Shown: positions 27,277 through 36,852 of the stretch, in pieces
Position numbering within the stretch: position 1 is the first letter of the stretch
Layout of the letters: the number at the start of each line of letters is the position of its first letter
Source of the DNA: a virus
Taxonomy: Duplodnaviria > Caudoviricetes
Virus record (IMG/VR): IMGVR_UViG_3300048833_000767
Location: 1-60,499 of that record
Strand: one strand, 5' to 3'
Length of the DNA stretch: 60,499 nucleotides
Notes under the pieces: generated by a model
What the model saw: the letters and a program-made list of their open reading frames with translations, nothing else
Databases searched by the model: none
Told to the model about the DNA's origin: nothing
Translations under genes and position numbers: made by a program

Positions 27277-27671
27277 CCGAAGAAAAAACACTCCTATTGC
27301 TGCCCAGCTGGTTTTTCAAAAGGCAGTTTATTGTATCGCTATGCATCTTCGTGGTGTTCCCCGTTGCAATGTTCCTCATAAAGCCATCGGTACATGATGT
27401 TCCAATGGTGAATTGGCTGCTCTTGCCGATTGTGCTCCTGGCAACGGCCCTGCTGTACCCATACAGCCGATACGCAGTTCAATGGATCATTGGTTACTGG
27501 AATGGAGGTGAGCAGATCATCTATGACGGTTCAATAAAGGGATCGCTTGAGCGGAAGTTTGCAAAGCTAATGGTGAGCTTGGTTTTCATGCTGATATTGG
27601 GCCCGCTGTGTCTCATCGTGCTGTTGGTGAAACGCTGGAGACAAATTGCGCGAGCGTCCGCTTCTGGTTGA
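27273..27671 (+). CDS. 3-TM protein resembling colicin E1-type immunity protein
   Basis: three TM helices, LLYPYSRY motif. Confidence 0.55.
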   Translation: MTEEKTLLLLPSWFFKRQFIVSLCIFVVFPVAMFLIKPSVHDVPMVNWLLLPIVLLATALLYPYSRYAVQWIIGYWNGGEQIIYDGSIKGSLERKFAKLMVSLVFMLILGPLCLIVLLVKRWRQIARASASG

Positions 27672-27807
27672 ATCACTGCCAAGCCGGTGCACTGAGAGGT
27701 CAGCACCATTGCATGCTTAGTTCCAACTCGCTGAGGTTGTGATATCAGGCTTCAAAAGAAAATCATTTTATTGTACTGTGCCCCTCATTTGAGGTAATGG
27801 AGCTCAC

Positions 27808-28317
27808 ATGTCAAAGCATGCGGCCAAGGTCGGTAACATTGGAACTGACCATGATGGCTTTCACCCCACGGCCATAACGGCTGGCTCTCCTGACGTTTTC
27901 ATCGATGGTATCCCTGCTGCCAGGGTAGGTGATCCCCTAGCGCCACACGATAAGCCGAACCATCCACCACATCCACGCAAGATCGCTTCCGGTTCATCAA
28001 CGGTTTTCGTTAATGGCAAGCCGCTTGCCATCACAGGTAGCGCAGTTGACTGTGGTGGGGTGATCATTGGCGCGGGAACGGTGATTGTTGGGGATATTGC
28101 TCCACCGGTTATTTCACCAATTAACATTGCGGGTTTGTTTGATGAGGGATTTTTAATCAGAAATGAAGTTACAGGTGAACCATTGTCAAATGTTGAATAC
28201 CGAATTGTTCGTGCCAATGGAAATATTGAGTACGGTAAAACGGATAAAACCGGTCACACTCATATAGTATCCGCATTTGAAGAGGAAACTATCTCGATCG
28301 AAGTCAAGGAGTCGTGA
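27808..28317 (+). CDS. T6SS PAAR protein with C-terminal adaptor extension
   Basis: DGIPAARVGD, Zn-binding His/Cys, GSSTVFVNGKP; tail GEPLSNVEYRI...GKTDKTG.T. Confidence 0.92.
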   Translation: MSKHAAKVGNIGTDHDGFHPTAITAGSPDVFIDGIPAARVGDPLAPHDKPNHPPHPRKIASGSSTVFVNGKPLAITGSAVDCGGVIIGAGTVIVGDIAPPVISPINIAGLFDEGFLIRNEVTGEPLSNVEYRIVRANGNIEYGKTDKTGHTHIVSAFEEETISIEVKES

Positions 28318-28318
28318 C

Positions 28319-29257
28319 GTGACAGAAAAGAAGTGGAAGAAAGTTGGGGAGTCAACGTTAAGCCCTTCAGATAAAAAAGAACGTGCTGAAGTCAAAGTCA
28401 AGGCAGTTAAGAAAGAAAATATTATAGTGATAGGTTCAGAGGCACACTATAGTAGTTTCATTCTTAAAATGATGTTTATGGCTGCAGCCACACAGAAATT
28501 GAACTCAGGCCTTAGGAAGGCGGACAATACTATCGTGGCTTGTGTTAAAACAGGCTATACCAGTTTAGAGTTGGGCGTACTTGAATCCTATCGGGATAAG
28601 TATGGGTGCGAGATAGAATTAATTAATTCCTTGGCGGATTTAGTTGCCCTGTTAAATAGAGATCGGGACAATGTAAAGATCCAGGATCTTTACTTTTATT
28701 GCCATGGTTTGCCAAACAAAATTACTATGAATTTGGACTCCAAACCCAGAATTGATATATCAGTGGGTAACTTGAGTCAGATAAGACAGGATATCTTTGT
28801 TAAAGACGGTTTCCTGCATAGTCTTGCTTGCAGAACTGGGGTAGATGCTGAACCGTATACACCAATTGACTCATATGAGAAAGACTCGGATGCCAGTCCG
28901 GGAAGTAGCCTCGCAATGAAGATGGCGCAGCACTTCAATGTTTCAGTGAAGGCCTTTTTAACAAGAACATCGTATGGTCATGTTGTCAGAGATCCCAGCC
29001 TGGATAAGCCGATAGCAGAGGAGCTAAATACCCTTCGGAAAGGGGGCGATGGCGCGGTATATGCCCTGTATAATGGAGAATATGAAGCCCTGCCGCATGT
29101 AGGATTATCAACTGGGGTAAGGGGATGGTGGTCGGGGGTAAGTGATTATGCTTTATGGAGAAAACAGGGGGGGAGGAGTGCTCCTGTTTCTGGTACTACT
29201 CCGAAAGGGCTGAGTCACGGTGCCAAGCTCTTTAAGCCGGATGGGACGTGGTCATGA
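28319..29257 (+). CDS. putative T6SS effector, caspase-like (clan CD) His-Cys protease
   Basis: YCHG and LACRTG motifs; GTG just after PAAR stop with AGGAG RBS. Confidence 0.65.
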   Translation: MTEKKWKKVGESTLSPSDKKERAEVKVKAVKKENIIVIGSEAHYSSFILKMMFMAAATQKLNSGLRKADNTIVACVKTGYTSLELGVLESYRDKYGCEIELINSLADLVALLNRDRDNVKIQDLYFYCHGLPNKITMNLDSKPRIDISVGNLSQIRQDIFVKDGFLHSLACRTGVDAEPYTPIDSYEKDSDASPGSSLAMKMAQHFNVSVKAFLTRTSYGHVVRDPSLDKPIAEELNTLRKGGDGAVYALYNGEYEALPHVGLSTGVRGWWSGVSDYALWRKQGGRSAPVSGTTPKGLSHGAKLFKPDGTWS

Positions 29258-29808
29258 AAAAGAAGGTATGGGGAGCAATTATTTTTGTTGTATTGCTCTT
29301 GTGCTCCGTGCTTTTGTTCAAGGGAAGTGGAATGAGTGTATTTAATAAGCAAGTATGGTCTGCAAGTGATTTTGCCAGTCTAATGAAAGATGAGACCATG
29401 GTTGGGGTGTATAAACCATTGCCCAAAGAGGTTGTAGGTAAGGTCGGGGTCGAGATAGTTCTGCCAGACCCCAGTTTGAGAATGGCTACCGTGCAACTGT
29501 CATCTAATCGGCTATATGACAAAGCTCAAAGTAATATATACGTTGGGCCATACAAGGCAGTTATTGTATTGGACGCAGATAAAGCTCTCTTGGGAGATGG
29601 CAGTTCTAAATATGATGGATATGATTCACTTGAGATTACATTCATTGATGAGGCTAATCGGGTTACGTATACCTGTACGCAAGAGCGGCCATTTCACATG
29701 TGGCAGTTAAACAAGATTGTGACTATCAATTTCCTTTCTCAACGAAAGCCGGATAAAAATGGCGAGCCGTATTGCTATGATGCCTATATTCACAGGGAAC
29801 TGAGCTGA
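29254..29808 (+). CDS. putative periplasmic/membrane-anchored immunity protein
   Basis: ATGA overlap with effector; N-terminal basic + hydrophobic segment. Confidence 0.65.
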   Translation: MKKKVWGAIIFVVLLLCSVLLFKGSGMSVFNKQVWSASDFASLMKDETMVGVYKPLPKEVVGKVGVEIVLPDPSLRMATVQLSSNRLYDKAQSNIYVGPYKAVIVLDADKALLGDGSSKYDGYDSLEITFIDEANRVTYTCTQERPFHMWQLNKIVTINFLSQRKPDKNGEPYCYDAYIHRELS

Positions 29809-29828
29809 CAGTCGAATCAAGATGATGG

Positions 29829-29898
29829 TTGAATACCCGCCGCGCCAGCGTTAGTATTGCTCAAAGATGGCCAGAGTCCCCGTGACCCTGGCCTTTTT
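29829..29898 (+). promoter_or_regulatory. late promoter + proximal terminator, unit 1 (lysis)
   Basis: TTGAAT-N17-TAGTAT with CAGCGT before -10; GGCCAG..CTGGCC-TTTTT. Confidence 0.75.
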
Positions 29899-29948
29899 CA
29901 TTTCTGGCCCGCCTCGTGCGGGCTTTGTCGTTTCTGGAGGGCGAGTAA

Positions 29949-30158
29949 ATGGGGAAAGAAGAGGAGTTCGCGACGGCTGCGGCTGCTGCCGGTGTGGCAA
30001 AGTCCGCACCGCCAGTGGTCGTGTCCGGCATGACGCTGGCCGGGTACTCGCTCAATGACTGGGTGCTTGCGGCCACGTTGACGTGGATCGCGGTCCAGAT
30101 GGGCTGGTTCATCTGGTCGAATATCATCAAGCCGCGCCGCCAGCAGGGAGGTGCATAG
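29949..30158 (+). CDS. holin
   Basis: small TM protein preceding endolysin. Confidence 0.75.
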   Translation: MGKEEEFATAAAAAGVAKSAPPVVVSGMTLAGYSLNDWVLAATLTWIAVQMGWFIWSNIIKPRRQQGGA

Positions 30159-30649
30159 TGAGCAAGGTCCGCATCGCAATCGCTGCTCTCACGCTGAGCG
30201 CCGCTGGCTTTGTGGGGATCCTGAATCGGGAGGGGTATGGCCCAGTGGCTTACCCCGACCCGGTACACGGCACCAAGCTTCCCACAATAGGCTTCGGGAG
30301 CACCGAAGGGGTCAAGATGGGCGACACCATTACCCCTGTTGCTGCGGTGAATCGGAGCCTGCGGGAGGTGCGGGTGTTCGAGGATTCCCTCAAGGCCTGC
30401 ATCCGGGCTCCCCTCCACCAGTATGAGTTCGACGCCTATGTCGAGCTCTCCCACAACATTGGCCCTGGGGCCTTCTGCCGCTCAACCATCGTGAAGCGCC
30501 TGAACGTTGGCGATTATCCCGGGGCGTGTGAGGCAATCCTGTTGTTCAAGCGCTCGGGTACACAAGACTGCTCTGCGCCGGGGAATAGGGTATGCCCTGG
30601 GCTATGGAAAGACCGGCTGCGCCTCAATGCCAAGTGCAAGGGGGAGTGA
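30158..30649 (+). CDS. SAR-type endolysin (GH24 lysozyme)
   Basis: hydrophobic N-terminus, EG...YPD...PTIGFGST, NIG.GAFC.ST, GL..DR. Confidence 0.92.
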   Translation: MSKVRIAIAALTLSAAGFVGILNREGYGPVAYPDPVHGTKLPTIGFGSTEGVKMGDTITPVAAVNRSLREVRVFEDSLKACIRAPLHQYEFDAYVELSHNIGPGAFCRSTIVKRLNVGDYPGACEAILLFKRSGTQDCSAPGNRVCPGLWKDRLRLNAKCKGE

Positions 30650-31203
30650 TGGTGACGATCCCACAAAGCAGAGCGTTGCCGTTCCTGGCTGGCGCCCTGG
30701 TGATAGCAGCATTGGCCGGTGGCGGGGTGGTGCTCTACCAGTCCGGCCATTCTGATGGTGAAGAGGGGGAGCGCAAGACCTGGCAGGCGAAGTGGAATGA
30801 AGAAGCCACCAGACTTGCCACCGCCAGAGCCAAGGCTGAGCAGGAAGCCCGGGTAGAAGAGAATCGCCGGCAGGCTGAAATTGATGAGGTGAGAGACCAT
30901 GCACAAGAAGACATCGCCCAGGCACAAGCTGATGCCGCTGCTGCTGGCGTTGAGTCTGGCCGGTTGCGCGAGCAAGCCCGCCGCCTGGCAGCCCGAGCAA
31001 GTCAGTGCGCCAGCAATCCCGGTACTGCCCAAGGAAGCCCGTCAGCCAGAGAACCTGCAATGGTGCTCGCCGACCTGCTCAGCCGGGCTGATGAAAGAGC
31101 GGGTGAGCTGGCAGCAGCGTATGACAGAGCTCGAGCATCAGGATTAGCCTGTGAACGAGCCTATGACTCCCTGCGCACCGCGACCATGAAACCCCGCCCA
31201 TAA
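30649..31203 (+). CDS. Rz-like i-spanin (DUF2514)
   Basis: N-terminal TM, helical, GLACERAYD. Confidence 0.85.
   Translation: MVTIPQSRALPFLAGALVIAALAGGGVVLYQSGHSDGEEGERKTWQAKWNEEATRLATARAKAEQEARVEENRRQAEIDEVRDHAQEDIAQAQADAAAAGVESGRLREQARRLAARASQCASNPGTAQGSPSAREPAMVLADLLSRADERAGELAAAYDRARASGLACERAYDSLRTATMKPRP
30899..31147 (+). CDS. Rz1-like o-spanin lipoprotein nested in Rz
   Basis: GAGGTG RBS, lipobox LAGC, Pro-rich. Confidence 0.8.
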   Translation: MHKKTSPRHKLMPLLLALSLAGCASKPAAWQPEQVSAPAIPVLPKEARQPENLQWCSPTCSAGLMKERVSWQQRMTELEHQD

Positions 31204-31237
31204 CGGCGGGGTTTGTCTTTCTGGGGAAGGGGAGAAG

Positions 31238-31426
31238 GTGATGCAGATGAACTGGAGCAGTGAAGTGATAAACGGTATCGACGTGACTGGGGTCATCGCC
31301 AGCGTAGCTCACTACGACGGAGGCGAGGCTCTGGTTGTTCTTTCCTCCGGTGTTTCCGTTGTGGTACCGGCAACCCATGAGCCTGTACCTGGCGACACCA
31401 TCGTTGAAGGCGAGTTATCTCTCTAA
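31238..31426 (+). CDS. small hypothetical protein
   Basis: abuts terS. Confidence 0.6.
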   Translation: MMQMNWSSEVINGIDVTGVIASVAHYDGGEALVVLSSGVSVVVPATHEPVPGDTIVEGELSL

Positions 31427-32296
31427 ATGGCAAAGACCGACTGGGCAGAGCTCAATGCCGAATTCCTGCAGGAGCATGAAGCGACCGGCATCAGTGCGAA
31501 AGACTGGTGCGATAGCCGCGGCCTTAACTACAACTCGGCGCGTCGCTATTTGAAATCTCGGGGGCAATCCCCTGCGCAACCCGATAAATCTCGCGTAGCT
31601 GCGCAAACTGCGCATCCCGAAGTGCGCAAAACTGCGCAATCTGCGCAAAGTGTGCAAACAAAGAGGAATGGAGCCAAGGGCAAAGGGGGAGAGAGAAGAG
31701 GGGGAAAGTCATCCTCACCCACTCGCACCCCAGCTGACCAGGCCCAGAACCCGAAAACCAACGGCCGTGACCATAGTGGCCGCTTCATCGAGGGGAACCC
31801 TGGCAATCCCAACCCACCCAATCAGTGGAGGCCAGGTGACCGGCCGGCATTGACCCATGGCGGTTACGCCCAGTTCCTCGACGCTGAGGAGCTGTTCGAC
31901 CATGCCGAGGCGTTGCGGCTGACGGATGAGCTGGTGTTCACGCGGGCTCGCGTTATCTCTGTCACCAAAACCATGAAGTCCCTACAGCAAGATCTGGTTG
32001 AGGCAAAAGAGGTGACCGACCGGATCGCGCTCTATGACAAGATCTTGCGGGCTGAGCAGGCCCTCGACCGCAACATCCAGCGTATCGAGTCAATTGAGAG
32101 GACGCTGAGCACCCTGCGAATCGATGAGGTTACAGGGCCGAAGATTGAGGCTGACACCAAGCGCATCAAGGCTGCGACCCGCAAGCTTACCGCCGAGGCC
32201 GACCGGTTAGAGAAGGATGGCGGCAGCGAGTCAACGCCGGTCAGTGAGATGGTCACAGAGCTGCAGGGGATGGGGACTGGTGGGCTGATGACATGA
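31427..32296 (+). CDS. terS: terminase small subunit
   Basis: N-terminal HTH DW...GLNYNSARRY, ALTHGGYA. Confidence 0.85.
   Translation: MAKTDWAELNAEFLQEHEATGISAKDWCDSRGLNYNSARRYLKSRGQSPAQPDKSRVAAQTAHPEVRKTAQSAQSVQTKRNGAKGKGGERRGGKSSSPTRTPADQAQNPKTNGRDHSGRFIEGNPGNPNPPNQWRPGDRPALTHGGYAQFLDAEELFDHAEALRLTDELVFTRARVISVTKTMKSLQQDLVEAKEVTDRIALYDKILRAEQALDRNIQRIESIERTLSTLRIDEVTGPKIEADTKRIKAATRKLTAEADRLEKDGGSESTPVSEMVTELQGMGTGGLMT
31573..31656. repeat. TGCGCA palindrome cluster, candidate pac region
   Basis: TGCGCA at 31573, 31600, 31609, 31623, 31633, 31642; TGTGCA at 31651. Confidence 0.5.
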
Positions 32297-32332
32297 TAAA
32301 ATAATGCCAACTTAGTCTAAGGTGTTACACAA

Positions 32333-32971
32333 ATGCCAGAACAATCACAAAAAGATGTTGAAGATAGTAATGAAGTAGAACGGCTTTACAGAAGAAACTC
32401 TCTTTTTGGTGCTAGCATTATATCAATATATTCAATTTCTGGAGGGAGCCTAAATAATGATGTTTCTGTAGGTTTTGCCAAGATAACATTTAGCAACCCA
32501 ATAGCCTTGGAGTATTCAATGATTCTGGTTGCGCTTTACTTTTGTTGGCGCCACTGGCTTGTAAGTAGGTCATTGAGGATGAAGCTTCTGGAATATACTT
32601 ATAGAACTGTATCCGATTTTAAATGGGTGTCTCATGAGCTGGATACAGTCAGTGAATCTTTAAAGAGTAGTGTTAACCACTATTTGGATGAGCAGGGCGA
32701 GTCGATTCCGGTGGTAACGCACCATAAAACATTCTCTAACATAGGCTTTGTTGAGATAAACTATCATATTTGCTTTGAAAATCGCCCTGGTAAATATGAG
32801 TTTAGAATTCTAAGGCTATCATTTTTTAAAATGCCATTCTTATTTATGGCAATTAACTTAAAGTATAGGTGTGCTTGGTTTAAAAATGCCGTAAATAACA
32901 CCCACTTTGGTGATGGGTTTTTACCGCTTACATTAATGTCAGTGGCAATTGCTTTATATTTCCTGAAATAG
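32333..32971 (+). CDS. AT-rich membrane protein moron between terS and terL
   Basis: TM segments, low GC, terminator at 32985-33010. Confidence 0.75.
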   Translation: MPEQSQKDVEDSNEVERLYRRNSLFGASIISIYSISGGSLNNDVSVGFAKITFSNPIALEYSMILVALYFCWRHWLVSRSLRMKLLEYTYRTVSDFKWVSHELDTVSESLKSSVNHYLDEQGESIPVVTHHKTFSNIGFVEINYHICFENRPGKYEFRILRLSFFKMPFLFMAINLKYRCAWFKNAVNNTHFGDGFLPLTLMSVAIALYFLK

Positions 32972-33025
32972 AGTCAACACCATAAAATCCCGCTTCGGCG
33001 GGTTTTTTATTGCCTGAGATTCCCC

Positions 33026-34723
33026 ATGACCGAACCCAATATCTCCGCCATGACTGAGCAGGAGCAGGTTGCCTATATCCGCTCGAAGCTCAGCGATAAG
33101 TGGTGGCGGATGAACAACCTCTACATGATCGAGAACGAGCAGGGCAAGCTGGTGCGCTTCCGGTTGCGCCCGGCGCAGGAGCTGCTGTTCCGGACCATGT
33201 GGTACCTGAACATCATCCTCAAGGCGCGCCAGCTCGGGTTCTCCACGGCCATTGATATCTACCTGCTGGATGAGGCGCTGTTCAACAACAACATCAAGTG
33301 CGGGATCATCGCCCAGGACTTGACGGCGGCCGGCGAGATATACCGCACCAAGATTGAAGTGCCGTTCGATAACCTGCCCGGCTGGCTCAAGGCCCAGTTC
33401 AAGGTGGTGACCCGGCGCGGCGGGGCGAATGGCGGACACATACTGTTCCGGCATGGCTCAAGCATCCAGGTGGCCACGTCATTCCGCTCCGGTACAGTCC
33501 AGCGCCTGCACGTATCCGAGCACGGGAAGATTTGCGCCAAGTACCCGGAGAAAGCCAAAGAGGTGCGCACCGGTACCCTCAACGCCATTCACCCCGGGGC
33601 GATCGCCTTTATCGAGAGCACAGCAGAAGGGGTTGGCGGCGACTTTCACAGCATGAGCATGAAGTCTCTGGAGCTGGCGCGAGCCTCTGGTGAGCTGAGC
33701 CAGCTCGACTGGAAGTTTCACTTCTTCGCCTGGTGGCAAGACCCCAAGTATCGCGCCGACGTTCCCACATCCGGCGTGGTGATGAGCAAGACCCAGGCCG
33801 AGTATTTTGCCGCCGTTGAGAAGGCGATGGACTGCACCATCACCGACGAGCAGCGCCAGTGGTACGTACTCAAGGAGGCGAACCAGGGCGCAGAGATGAA
33901 GCAGGAGTTCCCCAGCACGCCGCTGGAGGCATTCCTGACCTCTGGGCGTAGGGTATTTGACCCCATCGTCACGATGGAAGCAGAGGGCGATTGCATGGCC
34001 CCGCTCATCGTCTATGACATTGACCCGGTTACCGGCAGGCGCGAGAAGGCTCGCAAGCCGGAGCAACTTGACGAGCAAGGCCAGCGATCGCTTGAGAACA
34101 TGCTGCTGGTCTGGGAGCTGCCAGACCCTGACGAGGATTACGCCATCGGCGCCGACGTGGCGGAAGGCCTAGAGCATGGCGACCGCTCATCGTTTGATGT
34201 GGTTGCCAAGTGTGACGGCAGGCAGGTAGCCCACTGGTTTGGGCACCTGGACCCCGGGCTGTTTGCCCAACTGCTGGCCCATGTGGGCAAGTGGTACGGC
34301 ACCGCTGAGCATGGCCCAGCCTTCATTGGCCCAGAGCGGAACAACCACGGCCATGCGGTGCTGCTGGCCCTGCGGGATCACTACCCAGTGCGCCGCATCT
34401 ATGCCCAGGAGTACATCGACCGGGACCGCGACGACGAGACGCCGCGCCTTGGTTGGCTCACCACCCGGCAATCCAAGCCGATTGTGGTTGATGGCCTCAA
34501 AGACCTGTTGCGCGCTGGCCAGTCGGGGATCCGCTGGATAGGCACAATTCACGAAGCAACCACCTACGTCTATGACAAAAGCGGCAGCATGAACGCCCAG
34601 ACCGGTTGTTACGACGACCAGTTGATGAGCTACATGATCGCCCAAGAGATGCGAGCCCGCATGCCTGCCCGCATCGTCAAATCCGAAACCACCCGTAAAC
34701 CCAAGCACTGGATGGCCAACTGA
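33026..34723 (+). CDS. terL: terminase large subunit
   Basis: LKARQLGFST, LHVSE, ESTAEG, IGADVAEG, YDDQLMS. Confidence 0.95.
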   Translation: MTEPNISAMTEQEQVAYIRSKLSDKWWRMNNLYMIENEQGKLVRFRLRPAQELLFRTMWYLNIILKARQLGFSTAIDIYLLDEALFNNNIKCGIIAQDLTAAGEIYRTKIEVPFDNLPGWLKAQFKVVTRRGGANGGHILFRHGSSIQVATSFRSGTVQRLHVSEHGKICAKYPEKAKEVRTGTLNAIHPGAIAFIESTAEGVGGDFHSMSMKSLELARASGELSQLDWKFHFFAWWQDPKYRADVPTSGVVMSKTQAEYFAAVEKAMDCTITDEQRQWYVLKEANQGAEMKQEFPSTPLEAFLTSGRRVFDPIVTMEAEGDCMAPLIVYDIDPVTGRREKARKPEQLDEQGQRSLENMLLVWELPDPDEDYAIGADVAEGLEHGDRSSFDVVAKCDGRQVAHWFGHLDPGLFAQLLAHVGKWYGTAEHGPAFIGPERNNHGHAVLLALRDHYPVRRIYAQEYIDRDRDDETPRLGWLTTRQSKPIVVDGLKDLLRAGQSGIRWIGTIHEATTYVYDKSGSMNAQTGCYDDQLMSYMIAQEMRARMPARIVKSETTRKPKHWMAN

Positions 34724-36849
34724 TGAACCAGACCCAACCCAAGGCCCCCGAACAGGGAGGCTTCGATACCTCACGCCTGCTCAACCTGATGAGCGACATT
34801 GATGGCCAGCCAGATTGGCGCACCATGGCCAACCGAGCCTGCGCCTACTATGACGGCGACCAGCTGCCGCCGGAGGTGGTCAAGGTGCTCGAGGAGCGCG
34901 GGCAGCCGATCACCATTCACAACCTGATCGCCCCCACCATTGATGGGGTGCTGGGTATGGAGGCCAAGAGCCGCACAGATCTGATGGTCATTGCTGACGA
35001 CCACGATGATGAGTTGGAGCAGCTGGCAGAAGCCGTCAATGCCGAATACGCCGACATGTGCCGGCTTGGCGGGCTGGACCGTGCTCGTGGCGAGGCATAT
35101 GGCGGTCAGATAAAGACCGGCATCGGCTGGGTGGAAGTGCGCCGCAATGATGACCCTTTCGGCCCACGCTACCGGTTCAGCAACGTGCCGCGAGACGAGG
35201 TTTACTGGGACTGGCACAGCCGCGAGCCCGACCTGAGTGACAACCGCTGGTTGATGCGGCGCCGTTGGGTTGATCTGGATGAGGCAAAGACCATGTTCCC
35301 GAGCAAGGTCGAAGCTCTCACCTGGGGAGTGAACGACTGGGACGGGTTTGTCAGCCTCAGCACCATAGAGGGGATGGACCCCAACCTTGCCAGCGCTTTT
35401 GAGGAGTGGGGGCACTTCGACCGCAAACAGGTCGAGTGGTGCAGTCGCAATCGGGATCGGGTGTTGCTGCAGGTGGTTTACTACCGCACCTACACCATGC
35501 GTCAGGTGCTGATGCTCGATTCTGGTCGGGCGCTGGAGTATGACAAGACCAATCAACTGCACCTGGCTGCCGTAGCCATGGGACGCGCCAAGCTGGAACG
35601 CTGCCCGGTAGCCTCGATCCGGGAGTCCTGGTTTGTTGGTCCCCATCATCTGGTGGATCGCCCCTGCACCGCTCCCCACAACATGTATCCGCTTGTCCCG
35701 TTCTGGGGATACCGCAAGGACCGCTCTGGCGAGCCCTATGGCCTGATTGCCCGCGCCATGCCGGCACAGGACGAAGTGAACCTGCGCCGCATCAAGCTTA
35801 CCTTCCTGCTGCAGGCCAAGCGCGTCATCATGGACAAGGACGCCACCAACATGAGCCGGGATCAGGTGCTGGAACAGGTAGAACGCCCTGATGGTTATAT
35901 CGAGCTCAACCCAGATCGGGCGAACAAGACCAGTGTGAGTGATGCCTTCAAGGTGGAGCAGGACTTCAACGTTGCCGCCCAGCAGTTCCAGGTGATGCAG
36001 GATTCAGTGAAGCTGATCCAGGACACCATGGGGGTTTACGCCGCTTTCTTGGGGCAGGGCACCACTGGTCAATCTGGTGTGGCAATCAGCAACCTGGTAG
36101 AGCAGGGGGCCACCACACTCTCCGAGATCAACGACAACTACCGGATGGGTTGCCAGCAGGTGGGACAGCTGGCGCTTTCGTATCTGCTGGAAGACATGGC
36201 CAGCAAGCGCAACCACAAGGTGACTGTTAACCGCGATGACCCGCGCCGGCGCAAGGCCGTTGTGATCAACGTGGAGCAGGAGGACGGCAAGCTCACCAAC
36301 GACGTGACCCGCCTGCGCGCCCACATTGCCCTGGCACCGATCCAGCAGACCGCCGCCTACAAGCAGCAGCTGGCTGAGCGAATGACCCAGGCTATGTCAC
36401 AACTACCGCCAGAGGCAGCCGGCGCCTGCTTTGACTTGCTGGTTGAGCTGATGGACGTGCCACGCAAGGCTGAGTTCGTGGAGCGAGTGCGCAAAGCGCT
36501 GAACATCCAGAAGGATCCAGAGGAGATGACCGACGAGGAGCGTGCCGCCGCCGAACAGCAGGCCCAGCAGCAACAGATGGAGCAGGAGATGGTCATGCGC
36601 GAGATGCAGGCCAAGTTGGCCGAGCTTGAGGGCAAGGCCGCCAAGTGGCAAGCGGAGGCCCAGCGCATCGCCAAGCTGACAGACTCTATCCGGTTCGAGG
36701 ATGCCCTCAAGCAGGCACAGACCGGTAAGACTCTGCAGGAAATGGAACTGCTGGTTGCAGAGCAAGAGGGGATCCAGGTTGAACAAGCTGCCCTACAGGC
36801 TCAGTTGTTAGCCACCATTGAGCAGCAGATCGACGCCATCACGCTCTGA
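34723..36849 (+). CDS. portal protein (P22-like)
   Basis: YYDGDQL, NLIAPTID, C-terminal coiled barrel; follows terL. Confidence 0.9.
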   Translation: MNQTQPKAPEQGGFDTSRLLNLMSDIDGQPDWRTMANRACAYYDGDQLPPEVVKVLEERGQPITIHNLIAPTIDGVLGMEAKSRTDLMVIADDHDDELEQLAEAVNAEYADMCRLGGLDRARGEAYGGQIKTGIGWVEVRRNDDPFGPRYRFSNVPRDEVYWDWHSREPDLSDNRWLMRRRWVDLDEAKTMFPSKVEALTWGVNDWDGFVSLSTIEGMDPNLASAFEEWGHFDRKQVEWCSRNRDRVLLQVVYYRTYTMRQVLMLDSGRALEYDKTNQLHLAAVAMGRAKLERCPVASIRESWFVGPHHLVDRPCTAPHNMYPLVPFWGYRKDRSGEPYGLIARAMPAQDEVNLRRIKLTFLLQAKRVIMDKDATNMSRDQVLEQVERPDGYIELNPDRANKTSVSDAFKVEQDFNVAAQQFQVMQDSVKLIQDTMGVYAAFLGQGTTGQSGVAISNLVEQGATTLSEINDNYRMGCQQVGQLALSYLLEDMASKRNHKVTVNRDDPRRRKAVVINVEQEDGKLTNDVTRLRAHIALAPIQQTAAYKQQLAERMTQAMSQLPPEAAGACFDLLVELMDVPRKAEFVERVRKALNIQKDPEEMTDEERAAAEQQAQQQQMEQEMVMREMQAKLAELEGKAAKWQAEAQRIAKLTDSIRFEDALKQAQTGKTLQEMELLVAEQEGIQVEQAALQAQLLATIEQQIDAITL

Positions 36850-36852
36850 TAG

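Noticed and set aside
27808-28317. PAAR as a phage baseplate spike tip
   Set aside because: No sheath, baseplate or gp5/VgrG genes; it lies outside the virion module beside an effector-like pair.
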